A stretch of DNA of 63,885 nt, filler included, from Lenisia limosa (taxonomy: Eukaryota; Protista; Breviatea), in assembly GCA_001655205.1 (NCBI GenBank). It is 12 parts of 12 records of this genome, joined end to end, with 100 filler letters (N's around TTAATTAATTAA, not from the genome) between each part and the next. Parts side by side here need not be neighbours in the genome. Positions count along the whole stretch, not along the records: positions 59,891 to 62,639 come from LPNZ01000344.1; positions 62,740 to 63,885 come from LPNZ01004312.1; 10 more parts are not named here. One strand, 5' to 3'. This document shows positions 59,891 to 63,885 of the stretch, one piece after another. Each line of letters starts with the position of its first letter. The first letter of the stretch is position 1. Below the pieces are notes generated by a model, which did not search any database, was not told the DNA's origin, and worked only from the letters and a program-made list of their open reading frames with translations. Made by a program: the position numbers and the translations under genes.

Positions 59891-62593
59891 TGTGGACGTG
59901 AGAGGGTAATGGAGATTCCAGCACCTTGTGGACGTCAGGGGGTAATGGAGGGTATAGTCCCGGGGATGGTAGGAATTTTGATGGGGCATGGCCAAAAGGC
60001 AAAGAGTATGTGTTATTTTACCCTTTTGACCGGGAGGCAAGGGCGATATAATATAACTAAGGCTTCCCTACGACCCGAAATAGTCTGTTTAAATATCGAT
60101 ATTTATCAAGGATTTATCGAGATATTCGGTCTTTTTTAGGACCACAGGGAAGCCCTACATATGACAATAGAATGAGGTTGTGGAGGGTAATTTTATTTAG
60201 TCAACAGTGTTTGTTTCATTAAGTCGCAATTTTTACGCCTGGGCCTTGTTTTGTTGTTATCAACTATCGTGTGTTGTCAGCCAACGGAGCTGATTTTGGG
60301 CTTTTGTATTTCATAAATTTTCCAATTTATTCCCCTTGCAGGATGGTGATGTAGATTGGAACGAAACCCCTGATGAAGACGACCCGGGACTTCCACATGT
60401 AGACACCAGGGATGTTGACGACCACATGTACGTTGAAATCGTGGTTGCCAATGACTACGAGCGTTACAAGGGTGAGAAGGACGTTATGTGGTTCTATTTA
60501 TGAACAGAGCACATAAATTAAAACATTGGGATTATACACTATAATCTGAAGCCTCTTAAAAGCGTGATGTTGTGGACAGCTTCGACCAGATACAACTTTG
60601 TGTTCTTTCTCATCTCTCTCCTATAATCCAATATCTCTTGTAAGCATGATGGTGTGGATGGCTTCGACCAGATACAACCTTATTTTATTTGTCATCTCTA
60701 TCATAATAAATACTGTAATTAAAATAGCATACTAAGTTGGACTTACCTATGGTCAAATATACCGTATTGTATATGATATTAGCTGTTCTTTAGAAAACAT
60801 GTAGTATGTAGTATACATACATGTATGTATCATAGGAGAAGTAATTAAAATTTACTTTAAACAATGAAAAGGACTAATCCTTTCAGCCCGAGGCTCCGGG
60901 ACCGAAAGAGGTACCATTGAGGTGGTCAACTTCTCCAACCTCATCTACAACAATCTACCCTTCGCCTTCCACCCCAGGTTCCATATTGTTCTTGCAAAGC
61001 AAGTCACGTGGACTTGTAAGCTGATTGGTTGATAGAATATTCAGTGACCGATAAGTCTTGACCAATTTTCCTTGGGAAATCACATAGCAAATCGATCAAG
61101 ACTTATCCCGGTCACAATACTTGATGTAATGGTCAAATGATTTGTCAATTTTGTAGTATTGTAAGATGGTTGATTAGTAGAGCTTCACTTTGGTTCGAAA
61201 AATATCGGTAAAATATCGATAGTTTTCGAAGATTTATCGAGAAATTCAGTCTTTTTTTGAACCGAAGTGGGAATTGGTCTTCAAAATGATGTATTGTCTG
61301 TATCATACATGTTCTCAGATAATTGCTTTTATTTTATTAATAATACGACCAGTTTGGTACATTTCCCTGCATCTTGGTATTTTCGGGGTTTACATTTCGT
61401 TGATAATAGTCCTATGTATATGATATGGTATGTTATTCCATCCCTGGATTGTATTTTTGTCCTCTGGCATTTACCCTCCGTCCAGCTGGAGATCCCTATA
61501 GACTTGACAACGGTCCTGCCTCAGGTGATATTCTCTTCGCTGTTTGGGGGGAGATCTAAAACAGACCATGGGAGTATAACTACCACCACTACCACCACCA
61601 CCACCACAGTCATCATCACCCACTACCACCACCACCACCACCACCACCACAGTCATCATCATCATCATCCTCCTCCTCTTTTTTATTTTAAACAAGAACA
61701 ACATCATCAACATCATCATTATCATCATCCAACCATCCAGCTGGCAGAATGGCAGGAACACGCAGGTCTCACAAATAACGATCACGTGCACCTCCTTTCG
61801 GGCTACAACTTTGACGGTTCCATTGTTGGACTTGCCCCTCTGGGTTATATGTGTCATTCCGCTCTCAAGTGGGGGGACGTACAAATACTATCTACATTGT
61901 AACATTACACCTTTTTTTCACAACATTATCAAAATGGCGTTAAATAGCATTAATAGCATTAATAGCATTAATAGCGTTAATAGCATTCGTAACATCAACA
62001 ACATCTAGAAAGTTACCAACATTAATTCCGTCCAGGGTGGGAATCACACAGTGCCGGTCGCCATACAGTAACAATTGGTGCGGCACCACAATGGCACATG
62101 AGGTGGGTATTACATGGGGTGTTGAGATATGGTAATACTTGTATATGATATGGGTTATTTTGCGGGAGGTGGTTTTTTACTCATTAATTTTTGACATCAT
62201 TGTTAATCCACTTTAGATAGGTCATCAACTCGGGGCCAACCATGACGGCACAAGCGCTCAGACCGCTGTATGTGGGGGAGAGGAATGCAAGGCAACTGCT
62301 TTAATTATAGCCGTGCAATTAATTTTTTGAGGATATTTATTGACAAAATTAGAAATTAAAGTGTTTGTAAAAGGGTTCTAGTTGTAAGATGGCCGACTTC
62401 AAATTTTGAAATTAATTTTCCAATTAATTCAACTGAGCTCTAATCACTTTCCCCTACTATCATGTATTGTTTGTATCTTACCCGAGTATTATAATTATTA
62501 TTACCACCAATATTATGCACTCAGACTGGAGAAGCGAGTTGTCCTTCTTCTGGACTGGTTATGGCAGCATATGCGTCGTCAAGTTCAAGACAG
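59891..62593 (+). CDS. ADAM/reprolysin (M12B) zinc metalloprotease, partial
   Basis: Exons 60342-60471 (MYVEIVVANDY), 60887-61015, 61486-~61545, 61741-61868 (NDHVHLLSGYNFDGSIVGLAPLGYMC), 62036-62102 + 62217-62267 (TMAHE|IGHQLGANHD = HExxHxxGxxHD), 62525-62593 (Met-turn CxxxxxVMA). Confidence 0.92.
60058..60156. mobile_element. MITE family A in an ADAM intron; further copies at ~56000-56072 and 61180-61270
   Basis: ggcttccctacgaccc...ggaccacagggaagccc-ta. Confidence 0.85.
60237..60341 (+). repeat. Family B repeat ending at an ADAM acceptor
   Basis: gcctgggcc...gtcagccaacggagctgattttgggc...cataaattttccaatttattccccttgcAG. Confidence 0.88.
61580..61735 (+). repeat. (CAC/CAT)n intronic microsatellite; similar tract at 1790-1835
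   Basis: Trinucleotide tract inside an ADAM intron; it explains the spurious poly-Thr/His ORF. Confidence 0.9.
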
Positions 62594-62741
62594 GTGGGGG
62601 AGTAGGCAAGTTCAAGACAGGTGGGGGAGTAGGCAAGTTNNNNNNNNNNNNNNNNNNNNNNNNNNNNNNNNNNNNNNNNNNNNTTAATTAATTAANNNNN
62701 NNNNNNNNNNNNNNNNNNNNNNNNNNNNNNNNNNNNNNNAT

Positions 62742-62815
62742 TCTCAACCCGCGTATGTTGTCAGCCAACAGAGTTGATTTAGGGGCTTCTTTGTTTCAAT
62801 AATTGTCCAATTTGT
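62742..62815 (+). repeat. Family B 3' part at a scaffold start
   Basis: ctcaacccgcgtatgttgtcagccaacagagttgattt. Confidence 0.8.
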
Positions 62816-63403
62816 GCTATTATTCCACTTAGCTTAATATTTGTTCAAGTAACCTTTGACTTGTGTCCCTTTGTTTTGTTTTTTGTGCTGTTGTTTCGAT
62901 TTCAATGTAGGCTCTATGTGTGTTTGACTTGTTTTGTTTTGTGCTTTGTGTTTGACTTGTTTTGTTTTGTGCTTTGTGTTTGCCCAGCCACTTTTGTTGA
63001 TACCATTACTACTTTTTGCTCAGCATCAGTATGGTTTAGAACAGCACAGTTTGCTTGACACCATATTGTACCTGTAGAGGGGTCGTATGCTTGGGACGGC
63101 TCTAAGCGTTATGATTGGGTTGTGACCGTTAATAAGTCGGATTTTTAACATTTCTCAAACTTTTTTAACGCCTTACAGGTACGTTTGGGTGATAGGGCGG
63201 TAGTGGGACTCTTCAAAGTCTGGCTCGGGCTTGTTTTTGTCTTTGTGTTTTGTCATCTGGCTTTTGTCAAGTTTTAGCGTTGGTTGCTCGTGTTTGTTAT
63301 TGCTTGTTTTTTTGTTTGTTTGGAGTTTCAAGTTATTCGGTTCGTGATTAGTACCTTCACGCAAATATTCTTCATCGAAATTTCCTTCGTTTTACTCCCC
63401 CCA

Positions 63404-63501
63404 GGAATCCAAGAAAATAGAGACCTTCAGTCGTAGAGCGGACGGGACTACGCGAATGATTACCACAACTGTTCACATGCTCTTCTTGCAGCCTCCTGTT
63501 A
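63404..63501 (+). CDS. Isolated exon of an unknown gene
   Basis: tactccccccag acceptor; ESKKIETFSRRADGTTRMITTTVHMLFLQPPVN; gtggtg donor followed by a G-tract. Confidence 0.4.
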
Positions 63502-63885
63502 ATGTGGTGCCCGGGGGGCGGGCTATGTCAAACTTTCGCAAAATTTGCAGTATTTTCATAATTTGGGCTGTTTACTTCAAACCATATCACATCATATTAA
63601 ATGGGTACCTGTTAACAGTTCCATAATCAGTAATATTTGACCTCATCCGATCGAAACTATCACAGTTCAACACCATGGCAATCTAAGCAATTCAGTCGTT
63701 CAACGTCACCTCCGACCCCACAAAGATCAATGCTACTATTCAGAGGAGCTCAAGCGTACGATGGGCCAACTGTTTATTGTGAGATATTAGAAAATTAACT
63801 TAATTATAAATAAAAAGACTGTGAGTGAAGAGACCTAGGGTATCGATGATGATAGCTTTCTCAATCTCCTTCAGGCTGAATTCAC

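Noticed and set aside
61267-61902. 211-aa ORF with poly-Thr/His, and its 137-aa antisense ORF
   Set aside because: Read-through of an intronic CAC/CAT microsatellite between true ADAM exons.
55200-62640. TSP1 gene + ADAM gene as one ADAMTS locus
   Set aside because: Opposite strands and separated by an artificial linker at 59835.

Overview
Eukaryotic nuclear DNA from an intron-rich, flagellated or ciliated unicellular organism. I cannot identify the species. CCDC40 and a TMEM17/216-family gene imply cilia, and a FAM210-like gene with a presequence implies mitochondria. The prokaryote-style ORF track is mostly uninformative because genes are split into exons of about 40-200 nt. The window is not contiguous: 11 artificial 100-bp spacers (N44-TTAATTAATTAA-N44) join 12 scaffolds, and many genes are truncated at them. 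By splicing exons manually I recover RPSA (complete, with two intronic box C/D snoRNA candidates), a complete HSP20, and FAM210/DUF1279-like and TMEM17/216-like genes. Partial genes are MSH2, CCDC40, CDC5L, a CCDC148-like gene, an ankyrin-repeat protein, an SLC19-like carrier, a JAMM/MPN protein, a calponin-homology protein, an LMBR1-family protein, a TSP1-repeat protein and an ADAM/reprolysin protease. There is also a decayed Tc1 transposase. Introns are crowded with short repeat families. The most unusual signals concern intron architecture: (1) donors followed by G-tracts and acceptors preceded by C-tracts; (2) a ~140-bp dispersed repeat (family B) that almost always lies in the sense orientation with its 3' end forming or abutting the 3' splice site; (3) repeated local tandem duplications that copy a splice junction. 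All exon calls, homology calls and copy counts were made by eye from remembered family motifs; no database search was run.
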